A stretch of 64,000 nt of DNA. Source: a virus (Duplodnaviria; Caudoviricetes). Below, one piece after another: positions 48,946 to 57,288 of the stretch. Position 1 is the first letter of the stretch; every line of letters begins with the position of its first letter. The notes below the pieces were generated by a model that was given only the letters and a program-made list of their open reading frames with translations, was not told the DNA's origin and did not search any database. Where the stretch lies: positions 603 through 64,602 of IMG/VR virus record IMGVR_UViG_3300020048_000135; one strand, written 5' to 3'. The translations under genes and the position numbers were made by a program.

Positions 48946-49425
48946 TTATTGTTTTAATGCTGTTTCAAATATTTCTTTATTTGCTTCATAAGCTGTTTGT
49001 AATATTTCTGCTGATTTAAAAACTGGATTGGCTGATGAATAATTTCTGGATGAAGTATAAAAAGGCTCATTTCCATATTTAAAACATAAGTAATGTTTTA
49101 TACAATTATCATCTTCCCAATCAGCTACCCATCCATCATTATAATACTCGGCAATGATATACAACTGACATAAGGCTATTACTTTTTTGGCAATGTATTC
49201 AGATGGTAAGTGTGAGGCGGAATGAGATACTGAGTCAAGGTTATTTGTTTGAACATCTCCAACAGACCTTATAAAATACTGCGTTTTACCAATATTCTTT
49301 TCTTGTATTTCTAACCAAGTTAGATTCTTTTTCTCAATTGGTTTAAATTTGATATGATCAAAGGTAGAGTTTACTTTGTCAATCTCATAACCTTCTGGTG
49401 GTGTAATTTTAATTTCTTTATCCAT
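48946..49425 (-). CDS. Paralog family C protein (tandem copy 1)
   Basis: MDKEIKITPPEGYEIDK...ALCQLYIIAEYYNDGW. Confidence 0.75.
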   Translation of the reverse strand: MDKEIKITPPEGYEIDKVNSTFDHIKFKPIEKKNLTWLEIQEKNIGKTQYFIRSVGDVQTNNLDSVSHSASHLPSEYIAKKVIALCQLYIIAEYYNDGWVADWEDDNCIKHYLCFKYGNEPFYTSSRNYSSANPVFKSAEILQTAYEANKEIFETALKQ

Positions 49426-49427
49426 AA

Positions 49428-49760
49428 TTATTGTTTTGAAATTAGCCCTCCTACAAAAGCATTACCATATTTAGGGTCTCTTCTATTACCTATAGTTTCG
49501 CAAAGAGGGATATCATTATTTCTTAAATCTTTTTTAACTCTACTTGATATTTCTTGTTCCTCAAGATACCATTCAGCAAATTTTCTAAAAAGATGTTGAG
49601 ATATTTTAATAGAAGTGGGTCCAATAACAAGAGTAACAAAAGCTGGTTGTACAGTAAGACTATTTTCATTAATAGCAATGCCCTGCTCATTAAGTTTAGA
49701 AACATCAACGCTATCCTTACAATCTGCAGGACTTAATTTATTTTTATATGTAGTGTTCAT
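49428..49760 (-). CDS. Hypothetical protein
   Basis: ORF in the operon. Confidence 0.6.
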   Translation of the reverse strand: MNTTYKNKLSPADCKDSVDVSKLNEQGIAINENSLTVQPAFVTLVIGPTSIKISQHLFRKFAEWYLEEQEISSRVKKDLRNNDIPLCETIGNRRDPKYGNAFVGGLISKQ

Positions 49761-49762
49761 AA

Positions 49763-49930
49763 TTATTTGGTATATTTTATAAATAATTCATTAAATTCTT
49801 TTTCTGATAAAAGAGTAGAAAAAGGTATAAATTTTCCATAATGATTTCTAATTTTTAAATATTTAATAGCAAAATAATATGAAGATTCTTTACATTTAAC
49901 ATATTCTTCAACTATTTCTTCTTGAGTCAT
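49763..49930 (-). CDS. 55-aa protein resembling the N-terminal segment of T4-type large terminases
   Basis: Manual translation MTQEEIVEEYVKCKESSYYFAIKYLKIRNHYGKFIPFS...; starts in an ATGA overlap and ends at TAA. Confidence 0.5.
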   Translation of the reverse strand: MTQEEIVEEYVKCKESSYYFAIKYLKIRNHYGKFIPFSTLLSEKEFNELFIKYTK

Positions 49931-50166
49931 AGTAAGTTTCTTATAGGAACAAAATAAGCAGAACTTCCTGTCTTATCTTCACTACCACCACAAAAAATGG
50001 ATTCTTCACTATCCATATAATGTTGTGATTCGGGCCATTCAATTAACATGTAACCATTACTTATACAAAGTAATAGTGTTTTTAATTCATCTGGAGTTTT
50101 TTCGCCATACATTTCAAATACTGCTTGACCAAGTTGCTCCATTGCAATTTCAAAATTTGTTTCCAT
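49927..50166 (-). CDS. Hypothetical protein
   Basis: ORF; TGA stop in an ATGA overlap. Confidence 0.6.
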   Translation of the reverse strand: METNFEIAMEQLGQAVFEMYGEKTPDELKTLLLCISNGYMLIEWPESQHYMDSEESIFCGGSEDKTGSSAYFVPIRNLL

Positions 50167-50167
50167 T

Positions 50168-50386
50168 TTAAATTCCTATCACTATTTTTCTATTTTTTAA
50201 AATTTCTATATCTTCTTCAGACATATCAGGACTTATTATAAATGTATATTGATCTACATAGTTCAAACAACATTTTAAATTTAATTCTTTAGATAAAGAA
50301 TAGGCTTCATCAATGGCAGCTTTACGATCTCCAAAATATTTAGATGTTCTAACAACTTCTAAATTTAACATGATGTTTTCTCTCAT
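50168..50386 (-). CDS. Hypothetical protein
   Basis: ORF in the operon. Confidence 0.55.
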   Translation of the reverse strand: MRENIMLNLEVVRTSKYFGDRKAAIDEAYSLSKELNLKCCLNYVDQYTFIISPDMSEEDIEILKNRKIVIGI

Positions 50387-50389
50387 AGT

Positions 50390-50803
50390 TTATATATTTT
50401 CTACTAAGTCAATTCCTTCTAAAATTGCATTTTCTCTAGCTTCCTCATAAGTTTTCCATTCTTTAGGAGAAACACATATATCTTCATCACTAGAAGATTT
50501 ATAATAAATATGCCATTGAAAACAAAATTTATCATCTTCTAAAAATCCTTTATCAAAAACATCTGGTTCAATAATAATATCATGGTTAATTCTAAACCAA
50601 TCAATCGCTTGTTGCCACAAAGGAGCTGTACATTGTTTTACTCCTCCATAATTAGATTGTATTGTTGAGTTTTGACGTTCTAAATCAAAATATTCAAACA
50701 TATTAAATTCTGAATCCTTATCAAAAAATCCAAAACACTCTTCATTAAAACCTAGTTCTTTTAAAGCTAATGCTATTTTGTATGTTACAAATTGTTTTTG
50801 CAT
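50390..50803 (-). CDS. Paralog family A protein
   Basis: FVTYKIALALKELGFNEEC...APLWQQAIDWF. Confidence 0.7.
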   Translation of the reverse strand: MQKQFVTYKIALALKELGFNEECFGFFDKDSEFNMFEYFDLERQNSTIQSNYGGVKQCTAPLWQQAIDWFRINHDIIIEPDVFDKGFLEDDKFCFQWHIYYKSSSDEDICVSPKEWKTYEEARENAILEGIDLVENI

Positions 50804-51147
50804 AATCCTATTAATTTTTTAAGACCTTCTTCATTTCTATATATATTTTGAATTTCATCATCATAAAAGTCAAATACAAGCCAATCTCCTTGATCGAATT
50901 CAATAGAAAAAGTACTATTATTAATATCAAATTTAGTGGAAAGAAATTTAAATGCCTGCTGCCAAAGTGGGGCTAGAATTGAATATTTATCTTTAGTATT
51001 TGATGAAGATGTTTTATAATATAAAGACCCTTCTTTACAATCTATTTTCCATCCTTCGCTAGTAATATAATGAGCAAAACACTTTTCATTAAAATTTAGC
51101 TTTTCTAACTCTACTGCAATTTTATAAGGTACAAATTGATTTTTCAT
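50785..51147 (-). CDS. Paralog family A protein
   Basis: FVPYKIAVELEKLNFNEKC...APLWQQAFKFL. Confidence 0.7.
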   Translation of the reverse strand: MKNQFVPYKIAVELEKLNFNEKCFAHYITSEGWKIDCKEGSLYYKTSSSNTKDKYSILAPLWQQAFKFLSTKFDINNSTFSIEFDQGDWLVFDFYDDEIQNIYRNEEGLKKLIGLCKNNL

Positions 51148-51416
51148 TATTTAATTTGATTTATAGTGTTGAGAATAGATTGTTCATCAATAATAACAAA
51201 TCTTCCATCTTTTAGACATAATTCAGTAGATGTCTTACCATCTATTTGAGAATTACATGGAATTATCATAGCATTTTCAACAGCAAGTTCTAAAGTTTGT
51301 TCACAGGCTTCTCTCATTGCTAATTTAATTAATTTAGCTGTTCCAGGAAATCTGTATGAAAATATATCCCAATCAATATCTGCATTAAGAATCTCTTCTA
51401 AGTTTATTTCTCTCAT
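51147..51416 (-). CDS. Paralog family B-related protein
   Basis: M.E.NLEEI...AMREACEQTLELAVENA...IDEQSILNTINQIK. Confidence 0.7.
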   Translation of the reverse strand: MREINLEEILNADIDWDIFSYRFPGTAKLIKLAMREACEQTLELAVENAMIIPCNSQIDGKTSTELCLKDGRFVIIDEQSILNTINQIK

Positions 51417-51682
51417 AACTTAACTTGTTCAATGGTGTTAAGAATAGATTGTTTGTCAATATTATAGTATGTATACCCAGGCCCTCCATGTATAGATTCA
51501 GCTACTTCATGCTGAATAACTTCAGCATTATCAGCAGCAAGTTCAAGTGTTTGCTTACAAGCTTCTTTCATAGCAGTTCTCATATCAGGGTATGGAAATG
51601 AATCTTTACTTTCATTCCATTGTTTATCTGAAAGTCCATGTTGAAATTTGCGTTGTATCTCCTCTAAGTTTACTTCTTTCAT
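51413..51682 (-). CDS. Paralog family B-related protein
   Basis: M.E.NLEEI...AMKEACKQTLELAADNA...IDKQSILNTIEQVK; TGA stop in an ATGA overlap. Confidence 0.7.
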   Translation of the reverse strand: MKEVNLEEIQRKFQHGLSDKQWNESKDSFPYPDMRTAMKEACKQTLELAADNAEVIQHEVAESIHGGPGYTYYNIDKQSILNTIEQVKL

Positions 51683-51873
51683 TGTAAAAATGTTTTGTAT
51701 ATAATCTCAGATTCAAAATTTAATTCTAACCAAGAATCAATTAGGTTTTTCATTCTAAGTACTGAATGTATATCACCTAATAACTTAGACTCTTCTTTAA
51801 TTTCTTTTGTTTTAAGTCTTTTCTTATTTTCAAGAAGTTTTAACTTATCTAAAATATACTCTTGATCTTTCAT
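51679..51873 (-). CDS. Hypothetical protein
   Basis: ORF; TGA stop in an ATGA overlap. Confidence 0.55.
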   Translation of the reverse strand: MKDQEYILDKLKLLENKKRLKTKEIKEESKLLGDIHSVLRMKNLIDSWLELNFESEIIYKTFLQ

Positions 51874-51879
51874 TGTTAT

Positions 51880-52197
51880 TTATTCTTCTAATAATGTGTT
51901 AAATTCGCCTAATCTAAAATATTTATATAACCAAATAAATGGTGCTACAATAGGCATAATAAAAAATTGAAAGTCTGTTATAATATCCATTTTCCAATGA
52001 ATACTGCCAAATGATGCAACCATATTAATAAATGCTATAAACATTACAATAGGACCAGCAATCATAGTAAATATAATCAATTGTAGTAAAAACCACCATA
52101 TAAATATAGTTGGAAATAATACTATTCTCCAAAATATACTTAAATGAATTATCCCTTCTCTTGGTATATTAAGATCTTCTAAATCTATTTTATCCAT
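51880..52197 (-). CDS. Membrane protein (2-3 predicted TM segments)
   Basis: Long hydrophobic run IFWRIVLFPTIFIWWFLLQLIIFTMIAGPIVMFIAFINMV. Confidence 0.7.
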   Translation of the reverse strand: MDKIDLEDLNIPREGIIHLSIFWRIVLFPTIFIWWFLLQLIIFTMIAGPIVMFIAFINMVASFGSIHWKMDIITDFQFFIMPIVAPFIWLYKYFRLGEFNTLLEE

Positions 52198-52198
52198 A

Positions 52199-52423
52199 TT
52201 AAGATTCTGTTAATTTCTTAAATTCTTTATTAAAATGTTTTATAGCTTCGGTTATAGATTTTAAATCATTTACTTCTAGTTCAGTACCGCAAGTCACTTT
52301 GTTTTGTTCAACGTCTAAAATACTAAATTTGAAAGGGTCTGCTATACCAGTACTTCCATGTAATTCTATTAAAGTACCATCAATATCATAAGTGATTAAT
52401 AACTCTGTAGTAACTACTTTCAT
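52199..52423 (-). CDS. Hypothetical protein
   Basis: ORF with a TAATG overlap. Confidence 0.55.
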   Translation of the reverse strand: MKVVTTELLITYDIDGTLIELHGSTGIADPFKFSILDVEQNKVTCGTELEVNDLKSITEAIKHFNKEFKKLTES

Positions 52424-52608
52424 TATTCATCAAGTATTACAGTTAGACTTCCAGTCCAATTCAGTGTATTTAATTCATTCCAATAAGTATCTTCATCTTG
52501 TTCTGAAATATCTTCAGGATCAGCAAGAAGTACTCTATGTAATCCAATTATATAATTATCATCACCAGAGGCAACAATATTTTGTAAGCTGTCTATTAAT
52601 TTTGACAT
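52423..52608 (-). CDS. Small acidic hypothetical protein
   Basis: ORF immediately downstream of the structured RNA candidate. Confidence 0.55.
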   Translation of the reverse strand: MSKLIDSLQNIVASGDDNYIIGLHRVLLADPEDISEQDEDTYWNELNTLNWTGSLTVILDE

Positions 52609-52630
52609 ATTTAAATTTTTATTATTAATA

Positions 52631-52716
52631 AATCATGTAGTTATTCTAATACCCTTTTATGTGTACTACAACCTGCTGAACCTATCCGAGTTTTTCAAGG
52701 GTACAGGTTTATGATT
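52631..52716 (-). ncRNA. Candidate structured RNA (three-way junction plus pseudoknot), family unrecognised
   Basis: Four perfect complementary pairs in 86 intergenic nt: AATCAT/ATGATT, GTAGT/ACTAC, AACCTG/CAGGTT, and the crossing pair TACCCTT/AAGGGTA. Confidence 0.45.
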
Positions 52717-52724
52717 AACTTGTT

Positions 52725-53000
52725 TTATTTAGTGTAATTTTTAGCCATTTGGTTTAGTACAAAATATTCAAATTCTGAATCAGTAGATTGTTCTTCATAT
52801 TCAGCATTGCTATAGAAGTGCAAAGTTACTCCTAAATTTGAATATCTTGCTGTATTTATTTCTCCAACAGAATTTACAACTAAATCTCCTTTTGCAACTG
52901 TGGTAATAAATTTAAGCATTGAACTACTAACTGGAATAATTATAGTTTCTCCTTCGTAAGTCATTTTACTTAATATGTAGTCATCTAATATTTTAATCAT
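52725..53000 (-). CDS. Hypothetical protein
   Basis: ORF. Confidence 0.55.
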   Translation of the reverse strand: MIKILDDYILSKMTYEGETIIIPVSSSMLKFITTVAKGDLVVNSVGEINTARYSNLGVTLHFYSNAEYEEQSTDSEFEYFVLNQMAKNYTK

Positions 53001-53190
53001 ATAAATTTACATTATGTTTTAATAATTTCCCATTACTTCCTATATGATATTTAAAGCATTTAGAACACTTGTAAGAAACTAATTTATGAATTCTTTTAGG
53101 TTCTTTATTTAATCTTTTACAAGCTTCTATAGCTTCATCCATAGTATTGAATTTAACTTTTGGTTTGCCAAAAGTAGTCATACATTCCAT
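52993..53190 (-). CDS. Small Zn-binding protein
   Basis: K.KF.T..EA...YKCSKC..YHIG pattern. Confidence 0.6.
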   Translation of the reverse strand: MECMTTFGKPKVKFNTMDEAIEACKRLNKEPKRIHKLVSYKCSKCFKYHIGSNGKLLKHNVNLYD

Positions 53191-53192
53191 AT

Positions 53193-54350
53193 CTATTCAT
53201 CATTTTCAATTAAAAAATTCGGATTTATAACTTTAAAACTAAAAAGTTTTTTACCGTTTTCAATAGACCTAACTACAATTCCTTCTCTTTGTACATTAGG
53301 ATTTATAATAGAATTACCTTTACTAAGCTCAACTAACTCTTGAACTGTAGATCCTAAATCAGATAAATATGGAAAAATAGTACTTACTGTCGAATTACTA
53401 TTTGCTAAAGTGAAAGTATGTGGAATGATTGGAACAATCTCAAGACCATACTTTTCACAAAAAATTCCCATTTCTCTATAATCATATTGATAATTTTTTT
53501 CATGGTCTATAATATTAAATACCCACATAGTAGGTTCTTTAATACCATATTTATTACCTTGAACTTTAGTATCACCTTGCTCACCTTGAATAGTTAGTGT
53601 TGGATTCTCCCTAAGTATTTGTTTAATATTATATTTTTTAGCAATTCTCCAGTATAAACTTCTTTTATCATTTGTAGTTATTTTTCTGCTACACACAACA
53701 AATTTATATTTTTTAAAAGGGAGTTTTTTAAGTATGCCTCCAAATCTAGGAACAATTTTTCCTGTAAAAGTAACAGATTGATAATCTATTTTTTCTGTAA
53801 TATAAACTTTAGAATCTTTAGATTTCTGTAATATTGTAGGCATATTTTGAATCCTCTCTTCGTCTGTTTTTGATATCCAATAAGGCCAGCCTTTTCTCTG
53901 ATTTCTTGATAAAAATAATCTTCTAAACCAAGAATATCTCATTAAGAATTTTTTTAACTTATTTTTTTCAAGTTTAATCTTCTCTTCTTCTCTCTGGAGT
54001 TCAGATTGTTCAGAGGGAGATAAATATTTAGTAATACCTAATATCTCAGTTACATCATCGCCAACAAAGCCTGATAAACTACCTAATGGTAAAATTAATC
54101 CTTGACTAATTTGACTAAGAAGTTTTATAGTCTTTACCCTAAATTTTCGTTTCCTAAGAAACTCAAACTCCGGTTTATCTGGCATTACTGAATCAACTTC
54201 AACATAAACTATTATATCCCCAACTTTAAATTCCCCTTTTTTAACCACACATTCCCAACCTAAAACTCGAGCTACTTCTATCTTATCAGCTCCTTGAATT
54301 GGGGAAATAGATTCTATTATCTCTATATGCGCTAGTTTTCTATCACTCAT
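53193..54350 (-). CDS. RNA ligase (Rnl2-like, DRB0094-type, with N-terminal OB module)
   Basis: N-terminal RKLAHIE.I..I.PI.GADKIEVA.V.GW.CVVKKGEF, then KTDEERIQN, motif I TEKIDYQS, QGE, EGIV and FKVIN. Confidence 0.85.
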   Translation of the reverse strand: MSDRKLAHIEIIESISPIQGADKIEVARVLGWECVVKKGEFKVGDIIVYVEVDSVMPDKPEFEFLRKRKFRVKTIKLLSQISQGLILPLGSLSGFVGDDVTEILGITKYLSPSEQSELQREEEKIKLEKNKLKKFLMRYSWFRRLFLSRNQRKGWPYWISKTDEERIQNMPTILQKSKDSKVYITEKIDYQSVTFTGKIVPRFGGILKKLPFKKYKFVVCSRKITTNDKRSLYWRIAKKYNIKQILRENPTLTIQGEQGDTKVQGNKYGIKEPTMWVFNIIDHEKNYQYDYREMGIFCEKYGLEIVPIIPHTFTLANSNSTVSTIFPYLSDLGSTVQELVELSKGNSIINPNVQREGIVVRSIENGKKLFSFKVINPNFLIENDE

Positions 54351-54517
54351 TAAATTTGTATATTTAGAAAGTCACATTTCATATAATCTACATTATCTCC
54401 ATAGTTTAAATTAACCCAATCTTCTAGGTCAAAATCATCTAAATCTGAATCCTCAATGTCACTGTATAACATGATTTCAGTTGAATTTAAGTCATAACAA
54501 AAAACTACAACGTACAT
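54350..54517 (-). CDS. Small acidic protein, 55 aa (below track cutoff)
   Basis: Manual translation MYVVVFCYDLNSTEIMLYSDIEDSDLDDF...; TAATG overlap with the ligase. Confidence 0.5.
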   Translation of the reverse strand: MYVVVFCYDLNSTEIMLYSDIEDSDLDDFDLEDWVNLNYGDNVDYMKCDFLNIQI

Positions 54518-54520
54518 AAA

Positions 54521-54847
54521 TTATTTTTTAAAAGAGTTATAAAAATGAAAACCACTATATAACTCATCGTGATTTTCTTCGTAAGGAATTGCATGGTATA
54601 ATATCCAACCTTCTCTTTCTTCTGAAAAAATTTCATCAGCTTCTTCTTCTGAGCAATCTTCCTCATCCATTATATCTGTAGAATTTCTTAAACCGCTAGC
54701 ACCTGTATAACTATCATAATTTTCACAAGCTATATCAAATACTATCATTTCTGCTTCTTCTAAACTGGATGCTTCTATAACTTCATAGTTTTGAATACCT
54801 CCAAAACCACCTGCAAGTCCCCAGCTTATCGTATATAAATTTTCCAT
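54521..54847 (-). CDS. Acidic hypothetical protein
   Basis: ATG 54847 in a TAATG overlap with the Thg1-like gene. Confidence 0.65.
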   Translation of the reverse strand: MENLYTISWGLAGGFGGIQNYEVIEASSLEEAEMIVFDIACENYDSYTGASGLRNSTDIMDEEDCSEEEADEIFSEEREGWILYHAIPYEENHDELYSGFHFYNSFKK

Positions 54848-55629
54848 TAACACGGAATTATTAAGTTCTTTAAATAATCTACATCCTGAGTAAATATAGG
54901 AGGTTCAGAAACTTCCCAAGAAAATTTACCAGGTTCTGCAAAAAAATCTTTTGTAAAGAAATCTTTTAAAACAATCCTTCCTCTTTTGTATCTTGGGCTA
55001 TAATCATTCCAATTAACTCCTTTTTCAAAAATCATATCTTGAAGTTCAAGTGAATTTTTACCATCAACTTCATTATGACTATAATATTCTTGCGAAACAG
55101 AAAAGATGGAATTTCTAGTAGTATCCTGTTGTCTCCAAATAAAATAATTTATAACTTCCGATTTGAAAGAAATTGTAAACGCTCTAGCATCAAATTCTGC
55201 CAATTTAGTTTCCGATAATATATCAAAAGGATTAAAATTAGGAGTAGTTACAGCATTTGAAAACTCTCTTAATAATCTTAATTGGTTAAATTTAGCAGTA
55301 GCCATTGACGCAGAAACACTTGCAATTTTTTGGATATTTCCATTAAACCAAGGGGAAGTATTTATATTATCAAAATCTGTAACTAATATTGAAATTTCAT
55401 CAGATTGGACAAATGCTAGTTTTGCTCCTTGTATATTTTTACAAAGGTATTTAGCGGTTTCATCCATATCATTCATAAGACCATCATCAAATGGTTTATC
55501 TAATCCTACTGTGTAACTATGAAAAGCTTTTCCATCAATTCTTATTATAGTATAAGTTCTCTTAGGGAGAAAATATCTAGTAACAGATTCATAGTAAGTT
55601 TTCATTCTTTCAGATAATGCATCTTTCAT
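54847..55629 (-). CDS. Thg1-like protein (tRNA-His guanylyltransferase / 3'-5' polymerase family)
   Basis: IRIDGKAFH, VQSDEIS, KIASVSAS.AT, FDAR and YFIWRQQD..RNS. Confidence 0.9.
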   Translation of the reverse strand: MKDALSERMKTYYESVTRYFLPKRTYTIIRIDGKAFHSYTVGLDKPFDDGLMNDMDETAKYLCKNIQGAKLAFVQSDEISILVTDFDNINTSPWFNGNIQKIASVSASMATAKFNQLRLLREFSNAVTTPNFNPFDILSETKLAEFDARAFTISFKSEVINYFIWRQQDTTRNSIFSVSQEYYSHNEVDGKNSLELQDMIFEKGVNWNDYSPRYKRGRIVLKDFFTKDFFAEPGKFSWEVSEPPIFTQDVDYLKNLIIPC

Positions 55630-55630
55630 A

Positions 55631-55768
55631 TTATTTTTTATTTTGTAAAATAAGTTTTTTATTAACTTTTTCTTGAATTAAATATTTAATTTCATCAATT
55701 GCTTCTTTTGCTGAAATGTTGCCACAATGCAAATCATACGAAATACTTTTTAATAATTTATCTTTCAT
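55631..55768 (-). CDS. Small hypothetical protein, 45 aa
   Basis: Manual translation MKDKLLKSISYDLHCGNISAKEAIDEIK...; TAATG overlap. Confidence 0.4.
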   Translation of the reverse strand: MKDKLLKSISYDLHCGNISAKEAIDEIKYLIQEKVNKKLILQNKK

Positions 55769-55923
55769 TAATAATATTTTAAATGTTTTAATACTATTTC
55801 TCCAATTGTTCCTAAATCAGAATTTTCATCTGTATAGGCATTATATACTTCTTCTTCTAAAGCGTCAAGTATATCAGCCTTTGTTTTCCATTGAAGAATT
55901 TCTTCAGATAATTTGTCATCCAT
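55768..55923 (-). CDS. Small hypothetical protein, 51 aa
   Basis: Manual translation MDDKLSEEILQWKTKADILDALEEEVYNAY...; fills the operon gap. Confidence 0.45.
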   Translation of the reverse strand: MDDKLSEEILQWKTKADILDALEEEVYNAYTDENSDLGTIGEIVLKHLKYY

Positions 55924-55925
55924 AA

Positions 55926-56639
55926 TTAAAGGTTCAAAGCTTTTTTAAGCCTACTTAATATAAAAAAGGTATTGAACATATTATGATCTTTTACAGCTTC
56001 TGTACAAGCATCTATAAATTTTACATTGCTTGCAATTATTTCCTCATTAGATTTAATAATCACATCTTTTTCTTCAAGAAGTGTAATTAACCCATTTTTA
56101 GTAGATTTAAGTTCAGATATTTCAGATTCCAATTTGGAATATTTTTGTCTAAGTTCGTGCTCTGTTAATTTAAAAGCTTTAGCAGATTCTAACTCTCTTT
56201 TAATATCAGCATCAATAGAATCTATAATTTGTTTTCTTAATTCTTCTTCTATTTCTTCCATACCATGAGTGGTAATAACAGGTTCTTGTTCATGAAAAAA
56301 GATACTTTTTTTAAAAAATTTCTCTGCCATTACTTCTATAATACGTTCATAACCATAATCAAAATGTACAGACCCGTTATTAATAAGATCCTGAATGCTT
56401 TTCAATATATAAGCTAATTCATGTTTTGAATATCTTACTTTCAAAAGAGCTTCTTCTTTAATAGTTTTATGTACTTTTACAACCTTCATTTTAGTACTTT
56501 CTAATGCTTCTAATTTTTCTTTCTGTAAAGTAGCTATTTGCTCTCTTAAGGTTCTTTCATTTTTTAAAGAATCTTCAAGTAGTCTTTTATTTTCTTGCAT
56601 CTTTTCATATTCTGAAAGATCCATTTTTATTTCTGCCAT
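55926..56639 (-). CDS. Coiled-coil hypothetical protein
   Basis: E/K/L-rich heptad-like stretches. Confidence 0.7.
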   Translation of the reverse strand: MAEIKMDLSEYEKMQENKRLLEDSLKNERTLREQIATLQKEKLEALESTKMKVVKVHKTIKEEALLKVRYSKHELAYILKSIQDLINNGSVHFDYGYERIIEVMAEKFFKKSIFFHEQEPVITTHGMEEIEEELRKQIIDSIDADIKRELESAKAFKLTEHELRQKYSKLESEISELKSTKNGLITLLEEKDVIIKSNEEIIASNVKFIDACTEAVKDHNMFNTFFILSRLKKALNL

Positions 56640-56643
56640 TATT

Positions 56644-57288
56644 TTAAATTTTAGATTTTACAATGTCTGTTAATGCTTTAGATATTTTTTCAAGGACATT
56701 AGATGAATCATTTAAATAGTATTTTCCAAATATAGGAGCTACTTCTTTTACAGATAAACAAGGCTTATTTACCATAACATAATCCATAGCTTTTTCTTCT
56801 GAGGAAAAATATTTATCATCCATATTCCAATGTTCTACTGGGTGATCTTTAGTAGAAGTACTATATTTACCAACAGTTCTCTGTCCTGTATTAAATAGTC
56901 TCCCAACATAATATATTTTATCGCCTTCATAAAAATCTACTCCGTCACTAGTAGTAAATAAAGGAATTCGTTTAGTAACAATTACAAAATCTTTAGGCTT
57001 ATCAATTTCTTGCCAATATCTTTCTTGTCCATCAATCCAATAAGACATAGGGTGCCCACAAATTTCTTCTAAAGAAGAAACAATTCTTCCAATTTGCATA
57101 AGAGCCCCATTATCTTCAGTCCAACCAACACCATCTCTAGTTTGTGAAATAAGTTTATAATATCTTATAGGTTCCCAAAATTCTGGGTATTTTCCATAGC
57201 TATTAAGTCCAACTTCATTATTAAAAACTTTTATAATAGTTCCTAATTCTGGAGACCCAGGATATTCTTTTATTAGAATATATTCCAT
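56644..57288 (-). CDS. Hypothetical protein
   Basis: ATG 57288 (TAATG overlap); Y.LIKEYPGSP...YPEFWE N-terminal motif. Confidence 0.7.
   Translation of the reverse strand: MEYILIKEYPGSPELGTIIKVFNNEVGLNSYGKYPEFWEPIRYYKLISQTRDGVGWTEDNGALMQIGRIVSSLEEICGHPMSYWIDGQERYWQEIDKPKDFVIVTKRIPLFTTSDGVDFYEGDKIYYVGRLFNTGQRTVGKYSTSTKDHPVEHWNMDDKYFSSEEKAMDYVMVNKPCLSVKEVAPIFGKYYLNDSSNVLEKISKALTDIVKSKI

Noticed and set aside
52631-52716. Assignment of the structured RNA to hammerhead or HDV-like/theta ribozymes
   Set aside because: No CUGANGA/GAAA core, and the helix order does not match the HDV nested double pseudoknot. It is kept only as an unassigned candidate.
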